This document shows positions 1 through 9,278 of a stretch of 64,000 nt of DNA, piece after piece. The stretch's first letter is position 1; each line of letters opens with the position of its first letter. Position numbers and translations under genes: made by a program. Origin of the DNA: a virus (Duplodnaviria; Caudoviricetes); the IMG/VR virus record IMGVR_UViG_2548876968_000003, positions 1 through 64,000 of that record. The stretch is one strand, 5' to 3'. A model generated the notes under the pieces. The model had not been told where the DNA came from. It made no database searches and worked only from the letters and a program-made list of their open reading frames with translations.

Positions 1-252
1 AACTATCATTATGGGAAGTTAAGCAAATATTTGATAAGTTATTTTAAAGAAAAAAGAACATACAAATCGTCCCTTTTCGAAACCTCTCCTCCAAAATTAT
101 TCAAAATTATTCAAAAAAATACTTCCAAAATGCAAAATTCAGAAAATTTTGTCCGGGGTCTCGTGCAGAATAACTTATATTAAATTTTCTGTGTTCTTTA
201 GGAAATATTTCTCTATTATCAATAATTTCTAAAGAATAGCGAGATAGGAATC

Positions 253-2424
253 ATGAAAAAGCTAACCGTTGAATTAGAAAATTGTTATGGAATAAAAAAA
301 TTAAATTATGAATTTAATTTTGAAAAAAGAAATACTTACGCGATCTACTCACCAAACGGAGTTATGAAAACTTCGTTCGCCAAAACCTTTATAGACTTAT
401 CAAATAATCAAGATTCAAAAGACATTATATTTCCTGAAGAAATAACAAAAAGAAATATAAAAGATGAAAATGGCCAAAATCTAATGCCCGAAAATATATT
501 TGTCGTCGAGCCGTATAATGAATCTTATAGATCGAATAAAGTTTCTACTCTTTTAGTAAATGCTCAATTGAGAACGCAGTATGAAAACATTAATATTAGC
601 CTTGAACAAAAGAAGACTGAGCTGATTAATTTATTAAAACCTCTTTCGGGACTAAAAAACGGCATTGAAGAATTAATAATTAAAGCCATCACGAAACTTG
701 ATAATGATTTTTTTAGGGCAATAGCAAGAATTAAAGGTGAAGTGTTAGATGGTCGCGAACCTGAATTTGTAAATATAGAATATAAAAAAATATTTTCCGA
801 AAAAACAGATAAATTGCTACAGATACCAGAAATAAAAGATAAATTAAAAGACTATATTCTTAAATACGATGAACTTCTGAGTAAATCAAAATACTTCAAG
901 AGCGGTGTTTTTAATCATACTAACGCATCTACGATCGCTAAGAATTTAAAAGATAATGGCTTCTTTAAGGCAAACCATACTGTAAATTTTATTTCTAAAG
1001 AAGAAAGAAGCGAGATTAAAACTGAAAAACAATTGGAAGAAATTATAGAAAACGAGAAGAAAGAAATTCTAAATAATTCCGACTTATTGAAAATCTTTAA
1101 TGAATTAGATAAGAAAATCGTAGTAAACGAGGAATTAAGAGAATTCCGTGATTATCTTCAATCTCACATTGAAATACTGCCTGAGCTATCAGATCTTGAA
1201 GCGTTTAAAGAAAAATTATGGATATCATATTTTAAATCGCATAAAGATTCCTTTCGCATACTTATTGAAGAGTATGAAACAGGAAAGAGCCAAATCGAAA
1301 CTATTATAGATCAAGCTCGAAGTGAAAGCACGCTATGGTCTGAAGTAATCGATATTTTTAATCTAAGATTTTCAGTTCCTTTTAAGCTATCAGTCGGTAA
1401 CCAGGACCAAGTGATTTTGAAATCTTTTGCGCCTGTTGTGCAATTTGAGTTTGTAGGATCAGCATCAACAAAAGTCGTTAATGAAAACGACTTAATGAAG
1501 GTATTAAGTACGGGCGAAAGGAGAGCTTTGTATTTGCTAAATATTATATTTGAAGTCGAGGCTCGAAAAACCGGAAAGATAAAAACTATATTTGTAATCG
1601 ATGATATTGCAGATTCTTTTGATTACAAGAATAAATATGCAATTATTGAATATTTAAAGGATATTGCAGGATACGACTATTTTTACCAAATTCTGTTATC
1701 TCATAATTATGATTTTTTTAGAACAGTTTCAAGTCGACTAGACATGCTTAGAGAAAATAAGTTGAATACTGATAAGGATGAAGCCGAGATTCGAATTTAT
1801 GTAGAGCATTATCAAAATAACCCCTTTGCGCATTGGAAAACAAAATTAAATACCGATAAAACAATGTTAATTTCTTCAATTCCATTTGTCCGTAATTTGG
1901 CAGAGTTCTCCGGAGACGAACATGTTTTTGGAAAGCTAACCTCTTTATTGCATTTTAAGCCGGATACTGACGCATTTCTAGTGGAAGAACTTGAAAATAC
2001 TTTTAAGAGGGTTCTCAAAGATCAATCTAAATTAACTTTGGATGATCCAACAAAAAAAGTCACTGAACTTATATTTGAAGTAGCGGACGAAATACTTAGA
2101 AATTCAAATGAAAAATTGAATTTGGAGTATAAGGTAGCACTTTCGATTGCTATTAGGTTAAAAGCTGAAATTTACATGGTAACAAAGATAGACGATGATT
2201 CTTTTTGGAAAGGTATAAAAAAGAACCAATCAAATGAGCTATTAGTGAAATTCAAGAATAAGTTTTCAACTAAATACACAATAATACAAATATTAGAACA
2301 AGTGAATCTAATGACTCCAGAAAATATTCATATTAATAGCTTTATGTATGAGCCAATATTAGATATGTCTAACCATCATTTGCAATCTCTATATAAAAAC
2401 GTATCTACATTGAATAATATTTAA
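253..2424 (+). CDS. RloC/PrrC-like ABC (AAA) ATPase with long coiled coil; candidate defence protein
   Basis: Variant Walker A YSPNGVMKTS, signature LSTGE, Walker B/D-loop IFVIDDIADSFD, H-loop LSHNYDFF; very AT-rich. Confidence 0.7.
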   Translation: MKKLTVELENCYGIKKLNYEFNFEKRNTYAIYSPNGVMKTSFAKTFIDLSNNQDSKDIIFPEEITKRNIKDENGQNLMPENIFVVEPYNESYRSNKVSTLLVNAQLRTQYENINISLEQKKTELINLLKPLSGLKNGIEELIIKAITKLDNDFFRAIARIKGEVLDGREPEFVNIEYKKIFSEKTDKLLQIPEIKDKLKDYILKYDELLSKSKYFKSGVFNHTNASTIAKNLKDNGFFKANHTVNFISKEERSEIKTEKQLEEIIENEKKEILNNSDLLKIFNELDKKIVVNEELREFRDYLQSHIEILPELSDLEAFKEKLWISYFKSHKDSFRILIEEYETGKSQIETIIDQARSESTLWSEVIDIFNLRFSVPFKLSVGNQDQVILKSFAPVVQFEFVGSASTKVVNENDLMKVLSTGERRALYLLNIIFEVEARKTGKIKTIFVIDDIADSFDYKNKYAIIEYLKDIAGYDYFYQILLSHNYDFFRTVSSRLDMLRENKLNTDKDEAEIRIYVEHYQNNPFAHWKTKLNTDKTMLISSIPFVRNLAEFSGDEHVFGKLTSLLHFKPDTDAFLVEELENTFKRVLKDQSKLTLDDPTKKVTELIFEVADEILRNSNEKLNLEYKVALSIAIRLKAEIYMVTKIDDDSFWKGIKKNQSNELLVKFKNKFSTKYTIIQILEQVNLMTPENIHINSFMYEPILDMSNHHLQSLYKNVSTLNNI

Positions 2425-2428
2425 CAAT

Positions 2429-2454
2429 AAAAAAAGACCCTTTTTTCAGGGTCT
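2429..2454 (-). terminator. Intrinsic terminator closing the lysis transcript
   Basis: Minus strand AGACCC-TGAAAAAA-GGGTCT followed by a T run. Confidence 0.65.
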
Positions 2455-2501
2455 AAAAAAGTAAATAGTATTGGAAAGGAAAAATTATTCTGTAGGATTT
2501 G

Positions 2502-2921
2502 CTATTGATGTAAATAGGAAAGTATTTTAGAAATACCACCGATCGCTTTGGATCCGATTCCGGAAACATATAAAAAAATTCCAGCGAACAAAGAGACCGC
2601 TCCTCCAATCAAAAAAACCGTTATCCAATTCTTGATCGATCGCCCAAATTCCGCGTCAGATTTCCGATCCTCAGCAACTTTCTTCCAGTAGTCGGAAACT
2701 TCTTTCATCTTTAAATACGCCGTAAGAGCTCTCGCTCGACCGGCTTCGTTGTCGTTGCAGATCTGTTCCATTTCTCCAGGATCCAAAATCTTTTTCCTTT
2801 TGAATTGATTTTCTTTTAGATTTTGAGCTTCAGATTTGTAATCGAAAGTCGGTTCTTGTGGAGGCGAAGAACAGAAAGTCAAGAGTAGGAAACAAAGAGC
2901 AAAAATAAAAGCGAGTTTCAT
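2502..2921 (-). CDS. Lipoprotein with C-terminal TM helix; candidate unimolecular spanin
   Basis: Lipobox LLLTFC, helical periplasmic part, TM WITVFLIGGAVSLFAGIFLYV; last gene of the lysis cassette. Confidence 0.5.
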   Translation of the reverse strand: MKLAFIFALCFLLLTFCSSPPQEPTFDYKSEAQNLKENQFKRKKILDPGEMEQICNDNEAGRARALTAYLKMKEVSDYWKKVAEDRKSDAEFGRSIKNWITVFLIGGAVSLFAGIFLYVSGIGSKAIGGISKILSYLHQ

Positions 2922-3256
2922 GGATTGCCTCCCCTCGCTTTTGAGATAAACTCACCGATGGCTTTCAAAATTTCGCCCGTCTTAAACCAAGACATTAAAA
3001 CGATTCCGGAAGTAAGAAAAAGTCCATGAACACTGACTCCACCAAAACCTTCGGATATTTTTTGATCGGGTGTCGTATAAAGAATGTACAAACCGACGAG
3101 AACAAAGAACAGGCCGAGCCAAAAGGCTTGGTTACTTCTCCTGAAAACACTTTTGTTGACTATGATCGAGTATTTTAGTTTGGATTCTAATTCGCGGGCT
3201 TCCTTCGAATCCGGTTGAATATCTAAAACGTCTTTGGCTTTTAATGGCGGGGTCAT
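2918..3256 (-). CDS. Putative holin (2 TM)
   Basis: Two hydrophobic segments, 112 aa, next to the endolysin candidate. Confidence 0.55.
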   Translation of the reverse strand: MTPPLKAKDVLDIQPDSKEARELESKLKYSIIVNKSVFRRSNQAFWLGLFFVLVGLYILYTTPDQKISEGFGGVSVHGLFLTSGIVLMSWFKTGEILKAIGEFISKARGGNP

Positions 3257-3282
3257 GCCATAATTTTTAACATGATCCCAAA

Positions 3283-3289
3283 TATCGGA
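3283..3289 (-). promoter_or_regulatory. Late-promoter motif TCCGATA (holin)
   Basis: 26 nt upstream of ATG 3256. Confidence 0.7.
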
Positions 3290-3298
3290 AATGATCGC

Positions 3299-3979
3299 TC
3301 ATTCCTTTGCCTCTAATATTTTCTTAGCCGATTCTTGATCGAATAATGCGTAACAAAAACCTGGAAAGTGCGGGTCCCTTTGGCGGGCTTCAAGTTCTGC
3401 TCCTTGGAATACAGAGATAAGAGATAGCCATTCCGGATGACTCCAATGAGCGCGGGTAACAGTGCATCCGAGCGAACTCACGCCTACAGAATCTTTTTCC
3501 ATACCTTGAGCGTGAATATTCATTCCAATGTACCCTTTGAATAAAGGATCCAAATGATTCCAAATATGATCCCCGTTTGCATCCCGACGAAAAGAAAACG
3601 CGGACGCTTGATTGAAAGCAATGTGTTCGTGATGAAGGCCGATCTTTACGAGATATAAGCCCTCTTCTGCTCTTGCTTCTCCTTTGGTGATTCCATATTT
3701 TAAAAGAATTTCTTTTGAAACTTTTCCCGGGTCCATCGTGACGACTCGACTCCCCCACGACTTCCCGCCCGGATAAATGTTAAAAAGTATGTCGTTAAAT
3801 CGATCGAATTGATTGTCGTTTAGAAAGACTTGATTGTCTTCGATCGAAATTCCCCTGACTCCGATCAGAACGTGATTCTTTTCAAAATTTAATTTAGGCC
3901 AGTTCTTTCGTTCTTGAGTAGTTTCGTAGCGAGATTTGGTTTCTTCTATTAAAGCGGGAATGAAATGATTGTATTCCAT
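3299..3979 (-). CDS. Putative endolysin, L,D-transpeptidase (YkuD)-like Cys peptidase
   Basis: GMNIH...SSLGC motif resembling HxxxS[HL]GC; lysis-cassette position. Confidence 0.6.
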   Translation of the reverse strand: MEYNHFIPALIEETKSRYETTQERKNWPKLNFEKNHVLIGVRGISIEDNQVFLNDNQFDRFNDILFNIYPGGKSWGSRVVTMDPGKVSKEILLKYGITKGEARAEEGLYLVKIGLHHEHIAFNQASAFSFRRDANGDHIWNHLDPLFKGYIGMNIHAQGMEKDSVGVSSLGCTVTRAHWSHPEWLSLISVFQGAELEARQRDPHFPGFCYALFDQESAKKILEAKE

Positions 3980-4004
3980 CTTTCAAAGATGAACGAAAAT
4001 AGAA

Positions 4005-4011
4005 TATCGGA
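4005..4011 (-). promoter_or_regulatory. Late-promoter motif TCCGATA (endolysin)
   Basis: 25 nt upstream of ATG 3979. Confidence 0.7.
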
Positions 4012-4055
4012 AGAAGTTTAAGGAGTATGATTTTTCACGTATTCCGTATAATCAT

Positions 4056-4574
4056 TTAAGTAAAGCTCGATTCGTCCAGAGTCGGCCCCGCTCTATGCAG
4101 TTGTAAATCTAAATATAATTTCACCGCATCCGGAGAATCAGTCGGAAACTTTATCACCAAACGAATTCCGTTAAACTCGGAAACGTAATCCGTGAATTTT
4201 AGAAAAGCCGTACCACCGGCGGAACTGATAAATCCGTAATGTGCGAATTCTATTTTGATAGATTCCATTCCGTTTTCTTTAGCTTTTGTATAAAGGGAAA
4301 TGAGATCTTGGTATAAAGATTCCGAAGACTTTGTCGCAACGTTTCGATCTAAAAAAATATCGAGTCTTGTCACTTCTTTGATCGATCTGAAATACGGACT
4401 TGTGACCGGATAAGGTTCGTTAGGTTCTGATACGTTCGCTTTTCGTCTTTCCCGATATTTTTTAAATCCCCATTTAAGAATTTGAGATAAAATCATAGCG
4501 ATCGTTCCGAAAAGTTCTAAATAGTTTTGTATATCTTTGTCTTGTACTTCCGACAACTGATCCACTTCTCCCAT
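4056..4574 (-). CDS. Membrane-anchored protein with STAS-like domain
   Basis: N-terminal hydrophobic helix plus KKYRERRK; IKIEFAHYGFISSAGGTAFL resembles STAS vvlDls.v.fiDSsG. Confidence 0.45.
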   Translation of the reverse strand: MGEVDQLSEVQDKDIQNYLELFGTIAMILSQILKWGFKKYRERRKANVSEPNEPYPVTSPYFRSIKEVTRLDIFLDRNVATKSSESLYQDLISLYTKAKENGMESIKIEFAHYGFISSAGGTAFLKFTDYVSEFNGIRLVIKFPTDSPDAVKLYLDLQLHRAGPTLDESSFT

Positions 4575-4575
4575 G

Positions 4576-5517
4576 CTATCCTAACGCACCAAAACTAATT
4601 CCCGTATATCTGAGTTTTCCTGTTTTCCACCAATCTTTAAGCTCATTACTGAGTTGTTTGATGCGGGCTCCGAAAAATGCGTTCTCAGCGCTCATCGTCG
4701 TCCCTATACTTTCGCTAATAACACCGACTGAGGTTGAGTAATTGGCGACGCCTCCGATGATCCCTTCTCCGTAGGAAGACAAAAGACAGATTGCAAAGTA
4801 CTTGAAAATTTGATCTTTTAATTCTCTCGGAACTCGGGACGCATGATCGTATCCGGTTGTGTAATCTACTTGATACGCTCCCGGTAAGGTGCCAGTTGAA
4901 CCGGTGATCCCGCGCCATGCTTGAATTCCCATAGTCGGTATGGGCATATTACCCCAAGGAGCTCGCGTATAGACTGCACGAAGAATTCCAGTTTTGTATT
5001 GAATCGTTGCTTTGTGAGTTAGATCGATCAATGTGGATCCGTTCCAAGGATAGGTAAGAACCCAACGGTGCAAACGACACAAATTCTTCCTTCTTAATTT
5101 TAAAAAGAAGTTTGTTCCTTTCGTGGAATCATAATCGTAAACATCATCCCATTCTGCATAATCTTCGATACTGCCGCTATTCGGCTCTAAATCGAATCTT
5201 CCATTTTGTCCGGGAAGAGGTCTGCTTCTAAAAAGTCTTGGATAAATATCCCAATCGATTTCGTTTGCAAAAGCGCGAATCGTTTGATCGACCCAATTCT
5301 TTAATTGAAAATCTTCCAATTGAGTTCCGCGCGTTGTCATTAAGGGCTCGTTTCCGAAAAATATGATTCGGCGAAGTTCATCCGGATGGATTAAAGTTCC
5401 CCAATTTGGGAGAGGTTTGCCACTCGCCTGTACTTCGGGATAAATTCGAGCGGACAGGTCGTGATATTCGTAATCTTCGGACTGTTGATTTAAGTCGCCG
5501 TCGTATCCGAAACTCAT
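4576..5517 (-). CDS. Head-tail adaptor/connector-like protein
   Basis: YQVDYTTGYD...VPRELKDQI motif typical of SPP1 gp15/HK97 gp6-type adaptors. Confidence 0.55.
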   Translation of the reverse strand: MSFGYDGDLNQQSEDYEYHDLSARIYPEVQASGKPLPNWGTLIHPDELRRIIFFGNEPLMTTRGTQLEDFQLKNWVDQTIRAFANEIDWDIYPRLFRSRPLPGQNGRFDLEPNSGSIEDYAEWDDVYDYDSTKGTNFFLKLRRKNLCRLHRWVLTYPWNGSTLIDLTHKATIQYKTGILRAVYTRAPWGNMPIPTMGIQAWRGITGSTGTLPGAYQVDYTTGYDHASRVPRELKDQIFKYFAICLLSSYGEGIIGGVANYSTSVGVISESIGTTMSAENAFFGARIKQLSNELKDWWKTGKLRYTGISFGALG

Positions 5518-5600
5518 CGGAACTCTCGATAGTATTTTTCTTGAATGTTAGAATGACGTACTGTTTTGGAATTCACTCCTCCAATATAGGGCCAGTTGAA

Positions 5601-5999
5601 TTAATCGGAGAAGATTTGAGACTTTGCAAATTCAAGATGATCGATCGGAAGAGAATATGTTTTTCCTGAAGTCAGTTCGCAAATTACTGTCTTTCCGTCT
5701 TCTGCGACTTGTTTTACTTTTGCGAGCATCCCTCCGACGTTTGCCCGTCCTTTTGCGTAGACTCTCATAATCATGCCTGGCCTCGGGAGTTTAGGACCGG
5801 CTCCGTATGTTTTTCTTTGTTCTCTTGCTTCGGTTTCAAAGGCTTTGTGACGTTCTGTCATTTCTTGAATGAGTACTTTTTCTTTTTCGTTGTGGAGACT
5901 TGTGTGTTGAATTCGGTTTCTTTGATTTTTTGCAACTTCAACTTTCTTCTCTCTTGGAGTTAAAACGTCGCTTCCGGTTTTCGTATTTCGGTAGGCCAT
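5601..5999 (-). CDS. Hypothetical protein with C-terminal KOW/SH3-like beta domain
   Basis: ATG 5999 has a purine-rich SD-like site; the track start at 6143 overlaps the neighbouring gene. Confidence 0.5.
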   Translation of the reverse strand: MAYRNTKTGSDVLTPREKKVEVAKNQRNRIQHTSLHNEKEKVLIQEMTERHKAFETEAREQRKTYGAGPKLPRPGMIMRVYAKGRANVGGMLAKVKQVAEDGKTVICELTSGKTYSLPIDHLEFAKSQIFSD

Positions 6000-6064
6000 G
6001 TAATCCCCACCTTTTCCATGTACGAGAACCTTTTTCTTTACTAAGTTTGTACTATTGAACATTA

Positions 6065-6370
6065 TCAGTGCGACACTAGAGAGGCATTCACCCAAAATCC
6101 GGATACTTCGATTACTCCGGAGAAAGAGACTTCCGATACGCAAAGAGGAAGAAAAAATTGAAAGTCTCCCGTGCCAGACCGGGAATAATTCGTGAGTTTT
6201 TGATCGGCGTTGTTCCCTTTAACGGAAATTGTCCAGTCACCTAACGCGTGTATATTGGTTATATAATACAATCTTCCGGAATCGTTTAAACTTTCCGTTC
6301 CCAAAACTGTGAATTGATTTTGATACTGAATACGCCCTATGTCTTGCAGGGTGATCGATTTCCTACTCAT
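6065..6370 (-). CDS. Small beta-rich putative virion protein
   Basis: ORF with late motif 27 nt upstream of ATG 6370. Confidence 0.6.
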   Translation of the reverse strand: MSRKSITLQDIGRIQYQNQFTVLGTESLNDSGRLYYITNIHALGDWTISVKGNNADQKLTNYSRSGTGDFQFFLPLCVSEVSFSGVIEVSGFWVNASLVSH

Positions 6371-6397
6371 GAACACAATCTTACTCTAAAAAAAGAA

Positions 6398-6404
6398 TAT
6401 CGGA
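6398..6404 (-). promoter_or_regulatory. Late-promoter motif TCCGATA
   Basis: 27 nt upstream of ATG 6370. Confidence 0.7.
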
Positions 6405-6484
6405 AAAAGATATGTGTACTCTGAGCCGATAGGGATTTGCGACGAAACCTATTTTTCCCAGCGGAAAAAACCGGAAAAAAATAA

Positions 6485-6491
6485 TCCGATA
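6485..6491 (+). promoter_or_regulatory. Late-promoter motif TCCGATA (portal)
   Basis: 26 nt upstream of ATG 6518, on the plus strand like the gene. Confidence 0.7.
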
Positions 6492-6517
6492 AATACTTTT
6501 TTCATATACTCGCGTTC

Positions 6518-8146
6518 ATGGTGAAACAAGGGAAAGGCCGGCCGCGTGGAAATGATTATGAAAAGAATCTTGAAAAGAGAATCAGACTGGAACGTTCCAA
6601 AGAGATCGGACTTAAAAACGAAAAGATCAATCAAAGACTCTTACACCTTGCTAAATCCTGGTTCGGTCAAGTGAACACTCCGGAAGTCGCCGGCCGTAAT
6701 CCCGTATATAACTACGATCAGATGCAACAAATCCGAGATGGGATTCAGTTGCGGCCGACTTGGAGAATCCCTATTCCTCATCTTCGCAGTGCCAGTTACG
6801 GCACTTCTTTGATTTCTGCAATTCATACGGTTCGCGTTGAGGACTTGAGTAAGTTTGCGCGGATCAGTTCCAAATGTGGTTTGTGGTTTCGAATGGAAGA
6901 CGAGGATGAAGAGGTAACGGATGAAATCAGCACTCGTATGAAACGATGCGGTAAATGGTTTGATAAGATGGGTGATTTGACCCCCGGTTGGGCGAATCGC
7001 GATCACTTGGGTTCTGTTTTCGAAATGATGACGAGAGATACTCTCACTATCGATTCAATCGCGTTTTTTCTAATTTTTAATCCCTTCGGCAAGTTAATCG
7101 AAATCAGATATTTGGATCCTGCGACAATTTTTCCCGTGGATCCCGCAAAAGGGTACAGAGGAGATCGTTCCATTGCGTATGTTCAAATCATCGATGACAA
7201 CATAGTCGAGACGTTTGGAGCGAACGAAATTCTTTGGCTTCACAAAAATCATCTTTCGGACGTTTCCATGCGTGGCTTTGGCTTTTCTCCATTAGAGGCC
7301 TGTATGCTCGATCTTGTTGGCGTTATCAATTCTCTAAAATTCAATCGAGACACATTTTCCAGACAACATCCTTACGGTTATCTCTCTTTCCAAGGTGATA
7401 TCAGTCAAGAGGCGTTAGATTCTCTTCAGCTTCAATGGCAAGAAATGATCTCAGGCCTCGATGACTCCCATCGAATTCCGATTTTGGGTACTTCTGCGGG
7501 TGAGGTAAAATGGACACCTCTCAACATTCCAAATGAAATGGTATTTAAAGATCTCATGCAATGGTGTGTAAGCCTTGTGCTCATGGGTCATGGAATGGAT
7601 CAAGCGGAATTAGGCTTGCGTCTTATCGGTTCACAATCTTTATCAGAAGCAAACCAAACCGAAAAAAGCAAGCACTCGATGACTCGTGCTAAACTTAGTC
7701 TTTTAACTTACTTTGAATCTGCGTTTACGAGACTCAAAAATTTTCGGGAAGATGATTTCGGAGGGATTGTTTGCGAATTTAGCGGAAAGGATCCGGAAGA
7801 TGAGAAGGATAAAATTCAAAAACAAAAAGACGAAGTAATGAATTGGAAACTCGTGGATGAAATTCGAATTGCACAGGATGATCCGACAGTGGGCGAAACA
7901 ATCGCCGACTTGTATGGCGTTCCGGTAGAAGATTACAAAATGGCTGGTGCCCTCATATTAAATCCAATTTTTCAACAGAATATGATGCAAATTCAGCAAA
8001 ACGCTGCGGGTACAATGCAAGAACAAGAATATTCGGAAATGGGATATGATGAAAATCCCGAACAAAATGAAAACGGGATAGACGACGAAGAGTCAAATGA
8101 AGAATTCGAAGAGGAATTTGAACCGGACAAGGATTTAGTTTTTTAG
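6518..8146 (+). CDS. Portal protein (SPO1/Twort-like)
   Basis: YLDPATIFP, GFGFSPLEAC, FNRDTFS...PYGYL portal motifs; acidic C-terminal tail. Confidence 0.85.
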   Translation: MVKQGKGRPRGNDYEKNLEKRIRLERSKEIGLKNEKINQRLLHLAKSWFGQVNTPEVAGRNPVYNYDQMQQIRDGIQLRPTWRIPIPHLRSASYGTSLISAIHTVRVEDLSKFARISSKCGLWFRMEDEDEEVTDEISTRMKRCGKWFDKMGDLTPGWANRDHLGSVFEMMTRDTLTIDSIAFFLIFNPFGKLIEIRYLDPATIFPVDPAKGYRGDRSIAYVQIIDDNIVETFGANEILWLHKNHLSDVSMRGFGFSPLEACMLDLVGVINSLKFNRDTFSRQHPYGYLSFQGDISQEALDSLQLQWQEMISGLDDSHRIPILGTSAGEVKWTPLNIPNEMVFKDLMQWCVSLVLMGHGMDQAELGLRLIGSQSLSEANQTEKSKHSMTRAKLSLLTYFESAFTRLKNFREDDFGGIVCEFSGKDPEDEKDKIQKQKDEVMNWKLVDEIRIAQDDPTVGETIADLYGVPVEDYKMAGALILNPIFQQNMMQIQQNAAGTMQEQEYSEMGYDENPEQNENGIDDEESNEEFEEEFEPDKDLVF

Positions 8147-8173
8147 AATATTTTGTTTAAAAAATTCTTCCCG

Positions 8174-9274
8174 TTACGAAAGATTTAATTTTGCGATTCG
8201 AGCGCGGGTTTGTCCTCCGACTGTTGCGAAACCACCCGCTAACCACCAAGTATTATCATTTAACGCATACGATGAATCCACACCTGAATCGACTCCACCC
8301 GCTGGATACCAGGGAAGAGTTCCCGCATTTATCGTACTGACTGCGGCGATTCTATTTCTCGTAGCGCCATTGACTGTTAAAAAAATTCCCGTTATATACA
8401 AAGACGTTCCGTTTATCGCAAGACCAGTGACTTGACCACCGTTTAAATCCGGGTACCAAGAAAGGATTGCTCCCGTAGTTGCATTGATCGCGGCAATTCC
8501 AAATCGTAATGTACTATTTAGAGAAATAAATGTCCCTCCAACATAGACCGTATTTCCACTACGAAGAATATCAAAGACGTAATTATTTCCAGAGCCATTT
8601 GTTGGGTTCCATGCTAGGACACTCCCTGTAGTCGGATCAACAGCGGCTAAAAGCGTTCTAGATTGCCCTCCGACAGAAGTAAATCCCCCGCCTAAATAAA
8701 GGACTCCGTTACTTAAATACAAAACGTTTAAAGAAAAATTGACCCCACCTGGAGGATACCAAGACAAGGTTGCTCCTGTATTTGTATCCACAGCTCCAAT
8801 ATTTGTTCGAGCCGTACCACCAATCGATGAAAAGGCTCCGCCGATATATAATGTAGTTCCGGAAAGAACTAGACACTTTCCTACCATGCTACCCCCAAGT
8901 CCGCCCGCCGGATACCAAGACAAGACAGCACCCGTAGTTGCGTCTAACGCGACAATTCCGTTTCGCGTAACTCCTCCGATCGTAGTAAATGCACCGGCTA
9001 CATAGAGAGTATTTCCATTCAAAGCCATTCCCAATACGTCGGAATTTGCGCCACCTGTCGGATACCAAGAGAGAACGTTTCCGGTTGTTGCATTGATGGC
9101 CGCAATTCGATTCCTTGTTTGTCCACCGATCGATGTGAAATATCCTCCGACAAAAATTGTATTTCCGGATTGAACCATTGCTTTGATATAGTTTCCAACT
9201 CCTCCGCTAGGATATGCTGGATCTAAGATCGGTTTTGGAACTTGATTTTTAAAAAATCCGAAAGGAAGAAACAT
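8174..9274 (-). CDS. Beta-propeller repeat protein; putative receptor-binding protein
   Basis: About 6-7 repeats of ~50 aa: GG.FT.IGG.TR..IAA.DATTG.VLSWYP. Confidence 0.7.
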   Translation of the reverse strand: MFLPFGFFKNQVPKPILDPAYPSGGVGNYIKAMVQSGNTIFVGGYFTSIGGQTRNRIAAINATTGNVLSWYPTGGANSDVLGMALNGNTLYVAGAFTTIGGVTRNGIVALDATTGAVLSWYPAGGLGGSMVGKCLVLSGTTLYIGGAFSSIGGTARTNIGAVDTNTGATLSWYPPGGVNFSLNVLYLSNGVLYLGGGFTSVGGQSRTLLAAVDPTTGSVLAWNPTNGSGNNYVFDILRSGNTVYVGGTFISLNSTLRFGIAAINATTGAILSWYPDLNGGQVTGLAINGTSLYITGIFLTVNGATRNRIAAVSTINAGTLPWYPAGGVDSGVDSSYALNDNTWWLAGGFATVGGQTRARIAKLNLS

Positions 9275-9278
9275 TCAT

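Noticed and set aside
6405-8173. Portal or wedge blocks as invertible segments
   Set aside because: No flanking inverted repeats or invertase seen; late motifs are already oriented with the genes
8174-9274. Diversity-generating retroelement target or CRISPR-like periodicity
   Set aside because: No reverse transcriptase or template repeat; periodicity is explained by protein repeats; no CRISPR array anywhere in the window
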